A DNA stretch of 53,982 bases from Methylococcaceae bacterium (GTDB lineage Bacteria; Pseudomonadota; Gammaproteobacteria; Methylococcales; Methylococcaceae), in contig JBKCCF010000068.1 of the NCBI GenBank assembly GCA_046305255.1, positions 1 to 53,982 on the forward strand, given 5' to 3'. Shown here one piece after another: positions 21,992-34,129 of the stretch (the stretch's first letter is position 1; each line of letters starts with the position of its first letter). A model generated the notes under the pieces. The model worked only from the letters and a program-made list of their open reading frames with translations, was not told where the DNA came from and did not search any database. A program made the position numbers and the translations under genes.

Positions 21992-24712
21992 TCAGTCAAG
22001 TTTTCCGTGGCAAGCCTTGAACTTCTTGCCTGACCCGCAAGGGCAAGGGTCATTTCGGCCCACTTTGGAATTGTCGCGCGTATAGGGTTTGGCTGCGGGC
22101 AGGGGAGGTTCGGGCGCTGACTCAACACTGTTGGGCTCCTCAATGCTCATGGCCGACGCATCGGCATGCTGAAATTCAAGTGGCTGAGGTGCCCGGTTCA
22201 CCTCCTCCATTTCCAGAATCTCCTCCTCGGAACGAACCTGCACCTTGGATACTATACCGATCACGTCATGTTTGATCGCGTCCATCATGGACGTGAACAT
22301 CTCAAAAGCCTCGCGTTTGTATTCCTGCTTGGGATCCTTCTGAGCATAACCACGGAGATGGATACCTTGGCGCAGATGATCCATCGCCGCCAGATGTTCC
22401 TTCCATGCGTCATCCAGTGCCTGCAGCATCACGGTTTTTTCAAAGTGCCGCAGAACCTTGGGCCCAATCGCCTCAGACTTGGCCTCGTAAATGTCACGAA
22501 GATGCTGTTTGATCCTCTCAAGCAAACGCTCTTCATCAAGCGCGGCATCCTCATCCAGCCATTGCCTTAATGGCAGGTGGGCAGTTGTATCTCGCTGCAG
22601 TGTCTCTTCCAGACCTTTCACATCCCACTGCTCTTCGAGTGTGTGGGGCGGAATATAAGCAGGAAAGATACTGTCAATTACATCGTTACGGGCATTGGCG
22701 ATGGTCTCTGAGATATCATCAGCCTTCATCAACTGATCGCGCATATGGTAGATCACCTTGCGCTGATCATTAGCAACGTTGTCGTACTCAAGCAACTGCT
22801 TACGAATATCGAAGTTGCGAGCCTCGACCTTGCGCTGGGCGTTCTCAATCGCGCGGGTCACCCATGGATGCTCAATCGCCTCACCCTCTTTCATTCCCAG
22901 CTTTTGCATCAGTGCCCCCACCCGCTCAGAGGCAAATATGCGCATTAGCGGATCTTCCAGCGACAGATAGAACCGCGATGAACCGGGGTCACCCTGACGG
23001 CCCGATCGGCCACGCAACTGGTTATCGACACGACGTGACTCGTGACGTTCTGACCCTATGACATGGAGCCCACCCGCAGCGACGACCTGCTCATGACGCT
23101 GCTTCCACGCAGACTTTACAGCTTCAACAGCACCCTGATCATCCGGGCCGACGGCAGATAGATCATCTTCGAGACTGCCACCCAGCACGATGTCCGTTCC
23201 ACGACCTGCCATATTGGTAGCAATGGTCACCGCCCCCGGTTTGCCGGCCTGCGCCACGATGTGAGCTTCCTGCTCATGGTGCTTCGCATTCAGGACGTTG
23301 TGAGGGATCTTTTCCTTGGTCAATAGAGTGGAGATCAGTTCAGAATTTTCAATTGATGTCGTCCCGACCAGCACCGGCTGACCTCTCCCGACACAGGCGC
23401 GGACATCCTCTACCATAGCGGCGTATTTTTCGGGGACGGTCAGATAAACAAGATCACCCTGATCCTCGCGGGCCATGCCTTTGTTGGGTGGAATACAAAC
23501 CACCTCAAGGTTGTAAATCTGGTGAAACTCGGGTGCCTCGGTGTCGGCAGTGCCGGTCATCCCGGACAGCTTGGCATAAAGCCGGAAATAATTCTGAAAG
23601 GTAATGGAGGCAAGCGTCTGATTTTCGTTCTGTACCTGGACCTTCTCTTTTGCCTCGACGGCCTGATGCAGGCCTTCAGACCAACGTCGCCCCATCATCG
23701 CCCGTCCAGTGAACTCGTCGACGATAATAACCTGACCGTCACGGACGATATAATCAACATCACGCTGAAAGATGCCGTGCGCCTTAAGCGAAGCATTGAT
23801 GTAATGCATGATCCGGACATTCACCGCATCGTAGAGGCTCTCATCAGCCTGAATCAACCCACTCTCAATCATCAGGCGCTCAATGTGTTCATGACCCGCC
23901 TCGGTCAGATAAACCGCTCGTGCCTTTTCATCAACCGAGTAATCGCCCGGGCCGTCTTCCTTCTCTTGCTTGACCAGCCTGGGGATGAGTAGATTGACCT
24001 TGTGGTACAGGTCGCTCCGGTCTTCGGTAGGGCCGGAAATAATCAGGGGGGTTCGTGCCTCATCAATGAGAATGGAGTCAACCTCGTCGACGATCGCAAA
24101 AAATTTGTCTCGCTGAACACGTTGATCAAGGCTGAATGCCATGTTGTCGCGCAGGTAATCGAATCCGAACTCGTTATTGGTACCGTAGGTGATGTCGGCG
24201 GCATAGGCCTCCCGCCGCTCCTCGGTGGATAGGTTGCTTAGGATGCATCCGACCGAGAGCCCCATGAACCGGTATATCTTGCCCATCCATTCGGAATCGC
24301 GGCGGGCCAGATAGTCATTTACTGTGACCACATGAACACCCTTACCCGGCAAGGCATTCAGATAGGCGGCCAAAGTGGCTACCAGGGTTTTACCCTCGCC
24401 AGTCTTCATTTCTGCAATTTTGCCATCGTTCAGCACCATGCCACCGATCAGTTGCACGTCAAAGTGCCGCATGTTCAGTACGCGACGCGATGCCTCTCGC
24501 ACAGCAGCAAACGCCTCTGGCAATATGGCTTCGAGTGTTTCGCCCTGCCCAAGCCTTTCTCGAAATTGCTGCGTCTTGTCCCTCAACTGCATGTCTGACA
24601 ACGCCTGAAACTCTGGCTCCAGCGCGTTGATCCGCTTGACGATCTTTCGTTTTTTATTGACTATGCGGTCGTTGCGGCTTCCAACGACCAGTTTGACCAG
24701 CTTGCCTAGCAT
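21992..24712 (-). CDS. secA: Preprotein translocase ATPase SecA
   Basis: [23 protein letters not shown].., with Walker A MKTGEGKT and the C-terminal zinc motif [16 protein letters not shown]. The start is at the ATG at 24712. The track GTG at 24772 adds 20 hydrophobic residues that are unlikely to be real. Confidence 0.95.
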   Translation of the reverse strand: MLGKLVKLVVGSRNDRIVNKKRKIVKRINALEPEFQALSDMQLRDKTQQFRERLGQGETLEAILPEAFAAVREASRRVLNMRHFDVQLIGGMVLNDGKIAEMKTGEGKTLVATLAAYLNALPGKGVHVVTVNDYLARRDSEWMGKIYRFMGLSVGCILSNLSTEERREAYAADITYGTNNEFGFDYLRDNMAFSLDQRVQRDKFFAIVDEVDSILIDEARTPLIISGPTEDRSDLYHKVNLLIPRLVKQEKEDGPGDYSVDEKARAVYLTEAGHEHIERLMIESGLIQADESLYDAVNVRIMHYINASLKAHGIFQRDVDYIVRDGQVIIVDEFTGRAMMGRRWSEGLHQAVEAKEKVQVQNENQTLASITFQNYFRLYAKLSGMTGTADTEAPEFHQIYNLEVVCIPPNKGMAREDQGDLVYLTVPEKYAAMVEDVRACVGRGQPVLVGTTSIENSELISTLLTKEKIPHNVLNAKHHEQEAHIVAQAGKPGAVTIATNMAGRGTDIVLGGSLEDDLSAVGPDDQGAVEAVKSAWKQRHEQVVAAGGLHVIGSERHESRRVDNQLRGRSGRQGDPGSSRFYLSLEDPLMRIFASERVGALMQKLGMKEGEAIEHPWVTRAIENAQRKVEARNFDIRKQLLEYDNVANDQRKVIYHMRDQLMKADDISETIANARNDVIDSIFPAYIPPHTLEEQWDVKGLEETLQRDTTAHLPLRQWLDEDAALDEERLLERIKQHLRDIYEAKSEAIGPKVLRHFEKTVMLQALDDAWKEHLAAMDHLRQGIHLRGYAQKDPKQEYKREAFEMFTSMMDAIKHDVIGIVSKVQVRSEEEILEMEEVNRAPQPLEFQHADASAMSIEEPNSVESAPEPPLPAAKPYTRDNSKVGRNDPCPCGSGKKFKACHGKLD

Positions 24713-24853
24713 TGCGGAGTAATCCCGATGTGCAAAAAATAATCCCGCGAGTATACCCGAAAAAACTATCACGAATCAGGCTGCAACCCTTATGAGTCGT
24801 CCTTGCATGGGGTCGCTGCCTTTACCGCTCAACCTCACTCACGCGTCCGCTGC

Positions 24854-25297
24854 ATGGCCACACATCCAATTTCAATTCGTGGTTTTCTGAATTACAAAAA
24901 TCTGGCAGAACTTAATAGAACACTCAATCTTCATCGCCAAACGCTTGCTGAGATCAAAAAAAACCTGCCCCCTGTACTGGCTGACCACTGTATCCATTGC
25001 GTCCCCAAACAGGATCGACTAATCGTCTATGTCGATACGGCTGCCTTCGCCAGTCAATTGCGGTTTTTCGCTCCGACCCTGATAGATGCACTGGCAAGCA
25101 CCACATATTCTGGTTTTAAGGAGATTAAGATTCGAATTGCCATGCCGACAGCCCACCCGGAAGGGGCGACTAAAAAAGCTCTTCCGTTGACAGAGACCGC
25201 CGCAATCCATGTAAGCAAGACGGCAGAGACCTGCCAATCGGAAGAAATCAGACTGTCGTTGCTACGACTGGGTAGGACATTGCAGGGGGACTACTAG
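24854..25297 (+). CDS. DUF721 / DciA-like protein
   Basis: 147 aa from the ATG at 24854. The pattern ..LPPVLADHCIHCVPKQDRLIVYVDTAAFASQLRFFAPTLIDAL.. fits the DUF721 layout as I recall it. It lies in the secA-lpxC gap, where such genes often sit in gammaproteobacteria. The assignment rests on memory, not a search. Confidence 0.5.
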   Translation: MATHPISIRGFLNYKNLAELNRTLNLHRQTLAEIKKNLPPVLADHCIHCVPKQDRLIVYVDTAAFASQLRFFAPTLIDALASTTYSGFKEIKIRIAMPTAHPEGATKKALPLTETAAIHVSKTAETCQSEEIRLSLLRLGRTLQGDY

Positions 25298-25364
25298 CGT
25301 TTCTGACCAGTCTCCGAGGTTTGCGGGACTGACTGCCATAGCACTCGTGACTCGGGCCTGGCCC

Positions 25365-25388
25365 GATTGCGGCGTCCTTGCCGCAATC
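25365..25388. terminator. Hairpin between the convergent DUF721 gene and lpxC
   Basis: Perfect 9-bp stem GATTGCGGC/GCCGCAATC with a 6-nt loop. There is no clear T-tract on either side. Confidence 0.3.
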
Positions 25389-25409
25389 AAGTCGTGACGG
25401 CCAAGGGAA

Positions 25410-26324
25410 TCAGGCGGTGGTTTGTACCAGCCGGTTGTAGCAGATGGGAAGACTGGCCTCACCATCAAACGTAACGGACTCCCAGGCATCAGCATTCCGC
25501 AACAGCTCGCGCAACAACTGATTGTTGAGGCCATGCCCGGATTTATAGCCGGTGAAGGAGCCAATCAGACTATGGCCTAGCAGATAGAGATCACCGATCG
25601 CATCAAGAATCTTGTGCTTCACAAATTCATCGGCATAACGAAGACCGTCTTCGTTGAGCACACGATAGTTATCGACCACGATGGCATTATCCATACTCCC
25701 ACCTAACGCCAGGCGGCGTTTGCGTAAGGCCTCAATGTCTCGCATGAAACCGAATGTTCTGGCCCTGCTGACTTCCTTCACAAAAGATGTAGAGGAAAAA
25801 TCAATACTTGCCGACTGGGTATCCTCTTTGAAGGCAGGGTGATCAAAGTCAATGGTGAAGGACACTTTGAATCCCTCATAAGGCTCGAAACTGGCCCACT
25901 TCTCGCCATCTTGCACCTTGACCGGTCGCCTGATTCGGATAAACCGCTTTGCCGCATTTTGCTCTTCAACCCCGGCAGACTGTATGAGAAACACAAAGGG
26001 CCCCGCACTGCCATCCATGATCGGCACTTCTGCTGCGCTCACATCAATGTACGCGTTATCAATACCCAAACCGGCCAGGGCGGACAGCAGATGCTCTACC
26101 GTGGAAACCTTTACGTCCCCCTTGACCAGGGTAGTTGACAGTGTCGTATCGCCAACGTTCTGTGGCGTCGCGTGGATGTCTACCGGTTCAGACAAATCAA
26201 CCCGCCGAAATACAATACCGGTATTAGGGGCTGCGGGCCTGAGAGTCAAATAGACTTTCTCACCCGTGTGCAAGCCAACGCCGGTTGCCTTGATTATGTT
26301 TTTAAGCGTTCTTTGTCTGATCAT
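25410..26324 (-). CDS. lpxC: UDP-3-O-acyl-N-acetylglucosamine deacetylase
   Basis: [31 protein letters not shown].. The start is at the ATG at 26324, preceded by AGGAG. The track ORF start at 26369 is upstream of it. Confidence 0.95.
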   Translation of the reverse strand: MIRQRTLKNIIKATGVGLHTGEKVYLTLRPAAPNTGIVFRRVDLSEPVDIHATPQNVGDTTLSTTLVKGDVKVSTVEHLLSALAGLGIDNAYIDVSAAEVPIMDGSAGPFVFLIQSAGVEEQNAAKRFIRIRRPVKVQDGEKWASFEPYEGFKVSFTIDFDHPAFKEDTQSASIDFSSTSFVKEVSRARTFGFMRDIEALRKRRLALGGSMDNAIVVDNYRVLNEDGLRYADEFVKHKILDAIGDLYLLGHSLIGSFTGYKSGHGLNNQLLRELLRNADAWESVTFDGEASLPICYNRLVQTTA

Positions 26325-26459
26325 CAGATTCTCCTGACTTTGTTGCGATCGTAGCCGGTTTGAGCCCACTCATTGGGCTTCAGGCCGAACGGGTTGTTGT
26401 GCCGTACCCCAACGACATCGTCCATGAATAACCACGTTCAGGCACTGACTGTGCTCCAG

Positions 26460-27614
26460 TTAATCCGCCTGACGGCGCAGGAACGCTGGAATATCCAAGT
26501 ACTCCAGATCCATTTCCTTATCCTTTTTTACCTCACCCCTGGGCTCTAGTTGTGAGTGCTTGCGAGCAACCGCAGGCCGCCGGTTCATCGCGTCATAATC
26601 GATTTCACCCGAAGTCTTATGCACTATCCTGATAGCCGGCTCGCTGGCCTGGCGCTGACCGGTCAAACCAGTTGCGACTACGGTTACCCGTATCTCATCA
26701 TGCAAATCCGGATCAACTACCGTGCCAATCACAACAGCCGCATCATCAGAGGCAAACTCCTTCACCACATTTCCAACTTCATCAAACTCGCCGATGGCCA
26801 AATCCAGGCCGCCGGTAATGTTTACCAGAATTCCGCGTGCACCCTGCAGATTGATATCTTCAAGCAATGGACTTGCTATGGCAGCCTCGGCAGCTTCGCG
26901 GGCGCGATTGGAACCATGGCCAATACCGGTTCCCATCATGGCCATGCCCATTTCCGACATGATGGTCCGAACATCCGCAAAATCGACGTTGATCAAACCC
27001 GGACGGGTGATGAGGTCGGCAATACCCTGAACCGCTCCCAACAAAACGTCGTTGGCAGCAGCAAATGCGCTCATCAAACTGACTTCACGCCCCAGAACAG
27101 GAAGTAACTTCTCATTCGGAATGGTGATCAAAGAATCGACGAACTGACTGAGTTCTTCAATGCCCTTTTCCGCCATATCCTTGCGCTTCTTACCTTCGAA
27201 GGCGAAGGGCTTGGTCACAACAGCCACCGTCAGGATGCCAGCCTCCTTAGCGATTTCAGCAATCACCGGCGCAGCACCCGTCCCGGTTCCGCCCCCCATA
27301 CCGGCGGTAATAAAGACCATGTCAGCGCCTTCAAGCATTTCCAGAATGCGGTCACGGTCATCCAGCGCTGCCTGCCGGCCGATGTCCGGATTGGCACCGG
27401 CACCCAAGCCTTTGGTCAGCGCATTCCCCAATTGGAGAACCGATCGTGCCTGCAGACTTTTGAGTGCCTGGGCGTCGGTATTAGCGCAGATAAAATCAAC
27501 GCCATCAACCTGACTGTTGACCATATGGTTAACTGCGTTGCCACCACCACCCCCGACACCAATGACCTTAATTACGGCGCTTTGACTGTAAGTATCGACA
27601 ATCTCGAATTTCAT
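26460..27614 (-). CDS. ftsZ: Cell division protein FtsZ
   Basis: 384 aa. Contains [17 protein letters not shown], the tubulin signature GGGTGTG, and the C-terminal [11 protein letters not shown]. Confidence 0.97.
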   Translation of the reverse strand: MKFEIVDTYSQSAVIKVIGVGGGGGNAVNHMVNSQVDGVDFICANTDAQALKSLQARSVLQLGNALTKGLGAGANPDIGRQAALDDRDRILEMLEGADMVFITAGMGGGTGTGAAPVIAEIAKEAGILTVAVVTKPFAFEGKKRKDMAEKGIEELSQFVDSLITIPNEKLLPVLGREVSLMSAFAAANDVLLGAVQGIADLITRPGLINVDFADVRTIMSEMGMAMMGTGIGHGSNRAREAAEAAIASPLLEDINLQGARGILVNITGGLDLAIGEFDEVGNVVKEFASDDAAVVIGTVVDPDLHDEIRVTVVATGLTGQRQASEPAIRIVHKTSGEIDYDAMNRRPAVARKHSQLEPRGEVKKDKEMDLEYLDIPAFLRRQAD

Positions 27615-27639
27615 GTAACCACCCCTTAGTAATAACCCG

Positions 27640-28878
27640 TCAAAAATTCCCGGTAAACCAGTTCTTCATTTTCGCCCACATCCCCTGGAAACCAGACCCC
27701 ATTGCGCCATATCGTTCACCCTGAAGATGATGCTGTTTCCCGAAAATGAGCAACCCGACACCCGTGGCATAAATCGGATTGCGCACAACCTCATTCATAC
27801 CCGTGACATACTGGGGTATCCCTACCCTCACCGGCACATGAAAAATCTCCTCTGCCAACTCCACCAAACCCTCAATCTTGGCGCTGCCTCCACTCAGCAC
27901 AATACCTGCCGCGATAAGGTCCTCAAACCCGCTGCGACGGAGTTCGGCCTGAACCAGCAGCAACAATTCCTCATAACGTGGTTCGGCAATCTCGGCAAGA
28001 TTCAAACGCGAAATTTGCCTTATCGGCCGATCTCCAATACTCGGCACTTCAATCATATCTTCAAGACTGGCCAGCTGGGCCAGTGCACAGGCATGCTTGA
28101 TCTTGATCTCCTCTGCAAACTGAGTCGGGGTACGCAAGGCTACGGCAATATCGTTGGTGACCTGATCTCCGGCAATCGGAATCACCGCCGTGTGACGTAT
28201 CCCGCCATCAGTAAACACCGCAAGATCGGTGGTCCCACCACCAATATCGACCAGACAGACCCCCAGATCCTTCTCGTCATCGGTCAATACCGCCGCACTG
28301 GAGGCCAACTGTTCAAGAATGATGTCTTCCACCTCAAGACCGCAGCGACGGATACATTTGACGATATTCTGAGCGGCACTGACCGCACCGGTCACGATAT
28401 GAACCCTGGCCTCAAGCCGAATACCCGACATGCCAATCGGCTCCTTGATACCCTCCTGCCGATCAATCACATACTCTTGAGGCAGAATATGGAGAATTTT
28501 CTGATCTGCCGGTATTGCTACAGCCCGGGCTGAATCAATGACCCGGTCGACGTCACCCTGAGTGACCTCCTTATCTTTGATCGCGACAATGCCATGCGAA
28601 TTCATGCTGATAATGTGACTACCAGCAATACCGGCGTAAACGGCATTAATCCGGCAACCTGCCATCAACTCGGCCTCATCAACCGCTTTTTGGATGGACT
28701 GAACAGTTGTTTCAAGGTTAACAACCACCCCCTTTTTCAATCCCCGTGAAGGGTTGGAACCAATACCAATCACTTCAATATCACCCTCTTCGTTGATTTC
28801 ACCAACGATGCAGGCGACCTTAGAGGTACCAATATCCAGGCCAACAATAAGATTGCGATCCGATTTTCTAGCCATCAA
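27640..28878 (-). CDS. ftsA: Cell division protein FtsA
   Basis: 412 aa. Actin-like ATPase (LIVGLDIGTSKV.., DIGGGTTD). Confidence 0.95.
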   Translation of the reverse strand: MMARKSDRNLIVGLDIGTSKVACIVGEINEEGDIEVIGIGSNPSRGLKKGVVVNLETTVQSIQKAVDEAELMAGCRINAVYAGIAGSHIISMNSHGIVAIKDKEVTQGDVDRVIDSARAVAIPADQKILHILPQEYVIDRQEGIKEPIGMSGIRLEARVHIVTGAVSAAQNIVKCIRRCGLEVEDIILEQLASSAAVLTDDEKDLGVCLVDIGGGTTDLAVFTDGGIRHTAVIPIAGDQVTNDIAVALRTPTQFAEEIKIKHACALAQLASLEDMIEVPSIGDRPIRQISRLNLAEIAEPRYEELLLLVQAELRRSGFEDLIAAGIVLSGGSAKIEGLVELAEEIFHVPVRVGIPQYVTGMNEVVRNPIYATGVGLLIFGKQHHLQGERYGAMGSGFQGMWAKMKNWFTGNF

Positions 28879-28957
28879 TCCAGAGCCTTATATTCAAATT
28901 CTGTAACACTCTCACGATCCGCCATTATTCACACTCACACCGCCATTCATCGACCGG

Positions 28958-29722
28958 TCAGCCCCCCGGAAGCAGCATTGGCGCCTGCTTTCTGACCATC
29001 ACAAAACCGCTGCTATAGCGAAGGTCCAGTCTATGTATGGAACCAAGGCTCCCAACGCCCACCCGGGGCAGTAACGCCAGCACCCGATCCGTCGCAGCAA
29101 GGGGATCCTGTTTTCCATAAGCAATTTCCAAACCATCATCCATAACGGCCGCCCATGCCAACCGACCACTAAGGCTTAATCGGGCAACCTGGAGGTTACG
29201 ATCAGCTAATTTCGCGTTGAGGCCATTTAACATCGCCAGCATGTCACTTTCGCGACCGTCGGGACCGGACAGAAGCGGTAACCCGTCGAACTCAGCGCGT
29301 CTGGCATCGGGTTTGAACACCACTCCCTGGCTGCTCAGGAAACCATCGCTACCCCAGCGAGCAACGGCCTCTCTCTCCGATACCACAATCACCAGAGTAT
29401 CGGGCCACTGGCGAGTCACCCGCACGTCGTCGATCCAGGCGATTCTGCCGACCAGTGACTCCAACAGCCTGAGATCAACCGTAAAGTAGCTACGCCTCAA
29501 CGCAGGGTCCAGAACACGCCGAATTTCTGTCGGATCCAGATTAGCTAGCCCACCTTCGACTCGCACATGCCTAATCGGGAACACACGATCTGCAGCCGCC
29601 AACACAGAGTCCACTCGCTGAACGGCCAAGGCCAACATCACCCCCCCCGCGATGAACAGGGCCAATGGTAATGTTCTGAGCTTTTTTTTACTGGGCCTCG
29701 GTTTACGGGGGGTTCGCGACAT
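28958..29722 (-). CDS. ftsQ: Cell division protein FtsQ
   Basis: 254 aa. It has a basic N-terminus, a single TM and a POTRA-like region (IRHVRVEG..). Its position between ddl and ftsA fits. Confidence 0.88.
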   Translation of the reverse strand: MSRTPRKPRPSKKKLRTLPLALFIAGGVMLALAVQRVDSVLAAADRVFPIRHVRVEGGLANLDPTEIRRVLDPALRRSYFTVDLRLLESLVGRIAWIDDVRVTRQWPDTLVIVVSEREAVARWGSDGFLSSQGVVFKPDARRAEFDGLPLLSGPDGRESDMLAMLNGLNAKLADRNLQVARLSLSGRLAWAAVMDDGLEIAYGKQDPLAATDRVLALLPRVGVGSLGSIHRLDLRYSSGFVMVRKQAPMLLPGG

Positions 29723-29728
29723 TGCCCA

Positions 29729-30664
29729 TTAATCCGTCGCTACACTGGTTTCAAGTATGCCCCATACCAGATCATCGAATGCAAGACCGGCCTGCTTCGC
29801 TGCCATGGGAACCAGACTATGATCGGTCATACCGGGTACGGTATTCACCTCAATAAGCCAGGGTTGGCCCGAATCGTCCACCATCATATCGACCCGCGCC
29901 CAACCGGAGACCCCGACCACTTGGCAAGCCTCATCTGCCAACAGTTTAAAGCGTTCTTCTTCATCAGCGGGAAGCCCACACGGGCAATGGTACTGCGTCG
30001 TTTCGGCGCGATATTTGGCATCAAAATCGTAGAATGCATGAGGCGTTTCAAGCCTAATCAACGGTAACGGCTTCCCATCAAGTACCGCCACCGTGTACTC
30101 CTTGCCGGTTATCCAGGATTCGGCAAATACCGCACAATTATATAACGATGCATTACCCCACGCTTTTATTAATTCTTCAGAATTCTCAGCTCGACTCATG
30201 CCGATGCTCGACCCCTCCTCGGCAGGTTTGATAATCAGCGGGAAACCCAGGGTGCGCTCACACTCCGCCAGATCAGCCTCGTTATGCAATCGCATCCAGC
30301 GTGGCGTGGGTAATCCCGCGCCCATCCAGCATAGTTTGGTCCTGAGTTTGTCCATGCTGAGAGCCGATGCCAGAACACCACTGCCGGTATAGGGGATACC
30401 CATCGCTTCCAATGCGCCCTGCAGAACACCGTCTTCACCACCGCGGCCATGAATGATGTTGAACACACGATCAAATCGTTGTTCGATCAGAGGTTTCAGC
30501 ATGTGATGATCGACATCAAACCCAGTCGCATCGACGCCTTTGCTGATGAGAGCCTGCAAGACAGCCTTGCCGCTCTTGAGAGAAACTTCACGCTCGGCGG
30601 CGGTTCCACCCATCAGCACGGCCACCCGACCGAACTCCCCCGCATTTTTCACCCGCCTACTCAT
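29729..30664 (-). CDS. ddl: D-alanine--D-alanine ligase
   Basis: 311 aa. Contains VAVLMGGTAAEREVSLKSG.., IIHGRGGEDG and an ATP-grasp C-terminus (EVNTVPGMT). Confidence 0.94.
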   Translation of the reverse strand: MSRRVKNAGEFGRVAVLMGGTAAEREVSLKSGKAVLQALISKGVDATGFDVDHHMLKPLIEQRFDRVFNIIHGRGGEDGVLQGALEAMGIPYTGSGVLASALSMDKLRTKLCWMGAGLPTPRWMRLHNEADLAECERTLGFPLIIKPAEEGSSIGMSRAENSEELIKAWGNASLYNCAVFAESWITGKEYTVAVLDGKPLPLIRLETPHAFYDFDAKYRAETTQYHCPCGLPADEEERFKLLADEACQVVGVSGWARVDMMVDDSGQPWLIEVNTVPGMTDHSLVPMAAKQAGLAFDDLVWGILETSVATD

Positions 30665-31584
30665 TGCGCCTCCCCTGATTTTTGCCCCACAATTTTCACT
30701 TCCGGTACCAGCATAATGCCTTGCTGGCGATACACCTCGGATTGCACATAAAAAACCAGCACCTCAATATCATCAGCGCTTGCATTACCGGTATTGATGA
30801 TGAAGTTTGCATGTTTTTCGGAGACTTGAGCCCCGCCGATTGAATACCCCTTAAGCCCGGATACTTCGATCAGTCGCGCTGAATAATCACCCTCGGGATT
30901 GCGGAACACAGATCCGCAACTCGGCCAGTTCGTTGGCTGGGTCTCGTTACGCCGGGCCAGTAGACCCTTGATGCGGTCACGACTGGCGGCCGCATCGCCG
31001 CGTGCCAACGCCAGCTCACAGCCCAAAAACCACTCGCCCTGCGGTCCACACACCGAGCGATAACCCACCTTAAAGTCACTTGGCGACCGGTCCCGCACGG
31101 TGCCATAGCGATCCACCGTCTGCACCCGTCTAACCAGTTGCCAGGTTTCACCACCAAAAGCCCCGGCATTCATCGCCAGCGCGCCGCCCATGGTGCCTGG
31201 AATCCCCGCGAGAAACTCTCCCCCTGTATAACCATGTTCGGCGCAAAACTTCGCTACGTGACCGCAGGGGACTCCGGCCTGGACCTCAATAACACCCTCC
31301 CTGACCTGCGACATTGCTTTCAGACGGTTGATCGTACAGACAACCGTGCCCTGAATGCCGCCATCACGCACCAGAAGATTGCTGCCCAATCCCACCCACA
31401 GCAAGGGCTCATCAATCATCAGCGAACCCAGAAATACCAGCAGATCATCACGATCGGCAGGCAAGTAGAAACGCTCTGCCACTCCGCCAGCGCGCCATGA
31501 ATTGTGACCCGCCATGGGTTCATTCAGGCGCAAATCACCCCGCAAGAGGGGCGCGGAATCGCTTTGGCGACCGGCGAGGCTCAT
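30661..31584 (-). CDS. murB: UDP-N-acetylenolpyruvoylglucosamine reductase
   Basis: 307 aa. FAD-binding ([13 protein letters not shown]), [15 protein letters not shown]. Confidence 0.93.
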   Translation of the reverse strand: MSLAGRQSDSAPLLRGDLRLNEPMAGHNSWRAGGVAERFYLPADRDDLLVFLGSLMIDEPLLWVGLGSNLLVRDGGIQGTVVCTINRLKAMSQVREGVIEVQAGVPCGHVAKFCAEHGYTGGEFLAGIPGTMGGALAMNAGAFGGETWQLVRRVQTVDRYGTVRDRSPSDFKVGYRSVCGPQGEWFLGCELALARGDAAASRDRIKGLLARRNETQPTNWPSCGSVFRNPEGDYSARLIEVSGLKGYSIGGAQVSEKHANFIINTGNASADDIEVLVFYVQSEVYRQQGIMLVPEVKIVGQKSGEAQ

Positions 31585-33038
31585 GCCGGCTGGCCCGGTT
31601 TCAAGTGCCCGACGACCGCCGCCATACGCTGGGGTAATTCGGCAGCGACCTGACCGATACTTCCCGCGCCCAGCGTCAGTACAACGTCGCCTGGCTCAAG
31701 AATGGACGGCAGTACTGTGCTCAATTCAGTAATATCCTCCAGGAATACCGGATCAATCTGGCCCCGCACCCGTATCGCCCGTGTCAGTGATCGGCCATCC
31801 GCACCGGTGACCGGTTTTTCACCCGCCGCGTAGACTTCACCCAATACCAATACATCGGTCCTTGAGAGTATCTGGACAAAATCCTCGAACAGGTCACGGG
31901 TTCGGGTATAGCGATGCGGTTGAAAAACCATCACCAGCCTGCGTCCTGGAAAACTCTGGCGGGCTGAGTCGAGCGTGGCTTCGATTTCCCTCGGGTGATG
32001 GCCATAATCATCGACGAAAGTGAGCATCTGGCCGCCGAACGGTAACTCGCCATTCACCTGGAATCGACGCCCAATGCCCTTGAATCCCGCAAGGGCCCGC
32101 TGAATGGTGCCCACATCAATACCGAGATCTCCGGCAACGGCTATCACCGACAGAGAATTGAGGATGTTATGCCGCCCCGGCAGATTCAGGGTAACGTCAA
32201 ACGTCTCCGCGTGACCTACCCTCACCACCGTAAACACACTGCGCATACCATCCTGACGTATGTCGATAGCCCGTATATCGGCTTCAGGGCCAAAGCCGTA
32301 GGTTTTCACTGGCTTGCTGATCTCGGGGAGTATCTCGCGCACACCCGGATCATCGATGCACATAACCGTCAATCCGTAAAAGGGGACATGATGCAGGAAC
32401 TCAATGAAGGTGTTTTTCAGCCGACCGAAGTCACCCTCATAGGTTTCCATGTGGTCGCGGTCGATATTGGTCACCACCGCGATCATGGGCTGCAAATGAA
32501 GAAACGAGGCGTCACTTTCATCAGCCTCGGCAACCAGAAACGCCCCTTTACCCAGCTGGGCGTTGGTGCCAGCACTGTTAAGCCGACCACCAATCACGAA
32601 GGTCGGATCCAACCCAGCTTCTGCAAGGACACTGGCCGTGAGACTGGTCGTGGTGGTTTTGCCGTGGGTACCGGCGACGGCAATACCGTACCGAAAGCGC
32701 ATCAATTCGGATAGCATTTCAGCCCGTGAGATGACCGGGATCTTCTGCTGCATGGCAGCCTCGACCTCGACATTTGAGCGATTGATCGCGGTCGACACCA
32801 CCAGCACCTCGGCATCGTGAACATGCACGGCCTCATGCCCCCGGTAGATTCTGGCACCCAGGCTTGCCAGTCGTCGGGTCGCTGCATTGTCACCCAGATC
32901 AGACCCTGACACGTCATAGCCAAGATTGAGGAGCACTTCGGCAATCCCACTCATCCCGGTTCCGCCTATCCCGACGAAATGGATGCGGCGGATTCGCGTC
33001 ATGCCATGGCGACCGTAAACTTCATCTGCAAGCTTCAT
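31581..33038 (-). CDS. murC: UDP-N-acetylmuramate--L-alanine ligase
   Basis: 485 aa. Contains [20 protein letters not shown] and [10 protein letters not shown]. Confidence 0.94.
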   Translation of the reverse strand: MKLADEVYGRHGMTRIRRIHFVGIGGTGMSGIAEVLLNLGYDVSGSDLGDNAATRRLASLGARIYRGHEAVHVHDAEVLVVSTAINRSNVEVEAAMQQKIPVISRAEMLSELMRFRYGIAVAGTHGKTTTTSLTASVLAEAGLDPTFVIGGRLNSAGTNAQLGKGAFLVAEADESDASFLHLQPMIAVVTNIDRDHMETYEGDFGRLKNTFIEFLHHVPFYGLTVMCIDDPGVREILPEISKPVKTYGFGPEADIRAIDIRQDGMRSVFTVVRVGHAETFDVTLNLPGRHNILNSLSVIAVAGDLGIDVGTIQRALAGFKGIGRRFQVNGELPFGGQMLTFVDDYGHHPREIEATLDSARQSFPGRRLVMVFQPHRYTRTRDLFEDFVQILSRTDVLVLGEVYAAGEKPVTGADGRSLTRAIRVRGQIDPVFLEDITELSTVLPSILEPGDVVLTLGAGSIGQVAAELPQRMAAVVGHLKPGQPA

Positions 33039-34129
33039 GGGATTCTCTTCTGAAGACGCGGGGTTCGTGCATTATCGATACAGATGGCGGCGACTGTCTC
33101 CGTTGCATCGGGGCAGGCCTTACTCCGTGCCCTATCAGCCATCTCGGCCAATCGTGACGGTGGTGTCAGTACATTCTTGATCGTCCGGGCAAGCGTCTGG
33201 GAGGTGAGTTCTGATTGTGCCATCACGACGGCAGCACCTGCATCAGCCAGATATTTCGCATTCGCGGTTTGATGGTCATCAATGGCATGGGGATAGGGCA
33301 CCAGAATGGCGGGCAGTCCCGCAGCCGCCAGTTCACTGACCGTCATGGCACCCGATCGGCAGACGGCAAGATCGGCCCAGGCATAAGCGGCCGCCATATC
33401 TTCTACAAAAGCATCCACTTTGGCTTCAAGACCGGCTTCTGCATAAAGTGCTTCGGTCTCCTTCCGCATAGCCTCCCCCGTCTGATGGCGAATCAAGCAG
33501 GGCTGGCCGATGACCGCCAGGGCCGGCGGCAGCGTCCGGTTGAGCACCTGAGCACCTAGACTGCCGCCCACGATGAGTATTTTGAGCGGCTCATCGGCCG
33601 GTTCACGGGGCGGGCGTAGCGCAAGCGCTGCGATCTCATCCCTTAGCGGATTTCCTGTACAGCGGGCACCTGTGGCCGATGGGAAACTCCCGGGAAAAGC
33701 CTCAAGTACCCCATTAGCCCAACGGGCAAGTAATCTGTTGGTGGTTCCCGGCACCCGGTTTTGCTCATGAAGAATCAGGGGTATACCGAGCACACGTGCC
33801 ATGAGGCCTCCAGGGCCCGAGACAAATCCCCCCATACCGAGCACGACATCAGGCCGGACCCTACGCAATATCGACGCTGCCTGGGTCAGCGCCTTGAGCA
33901 GCATGAAGGGCGCGTGTAGTTTGCTTCGCCAACCCTTGCCGCGCACACCAGAGACCGATAGCCACTCGATAGCAATCGCCGCTGCAGGGACGACCCGCGC
34001 CTCAAGCCCCCGCCGAGTGCCCATCCAGATAACCTCATGCCCCTGAGCCAGTAGCCTCTGGGCAACCGCCAATGCCGGGTAGACATGCCCGCCGGTGCCC
34101 CCGGCAAGAATCATTACACGCTTGCCCAT
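33035..34129 (-). CDS. murG: Undecaprenyldiphospho-muramoylpentapeptide beta-N-acetylglucosaminyltransferase
   Basis: 364 aa. Contains [19 protein letters not shown]. Confidence 0.94.
   Translation of the reverse strand: MGKRVMILAGGTGGHVYPALAVAQRLLAQGHEVIWMGTRRGLEARVVPAAAIAIEWLSVSGVRGKGWRSKLHAPFMLLKALTQAASILRRVRPDVVLGMGGFVSGPGGLMARVLGIPLILHEQNRVPGTTNRLLARWANGVLEAFPGSFPSATGARCTGNPLRDEIAALALRPPREPADEPLKILIVGGSLGAQVLNRTLPPALAVIGQPCLIRHQTGEAMRKETEALYAEAGLEAKVDAFVEDMAAAYAWADLAVCRSGAMTVSELAAAGLPAILVPYPHAIDDHQTANAKYLADAGAAVVMAQSELTSQTLARTIKNVLTPPSRLAEMADRARSKACPDATETVAAICIDNARTPRLQKRIP

Noticed and set aside
27727-28533. 268-aa ORF on the plus strand
   Set aside because: It is antisense to ftsA. 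The same reasoning applies to the other long shadow ORFs: 8511..9194 (in glnD), 18238..18930 (in glnA), 35826..36512 (in murD), 38012..38695 (in murE) and 40699..41352 (in ftsI/ftsL).
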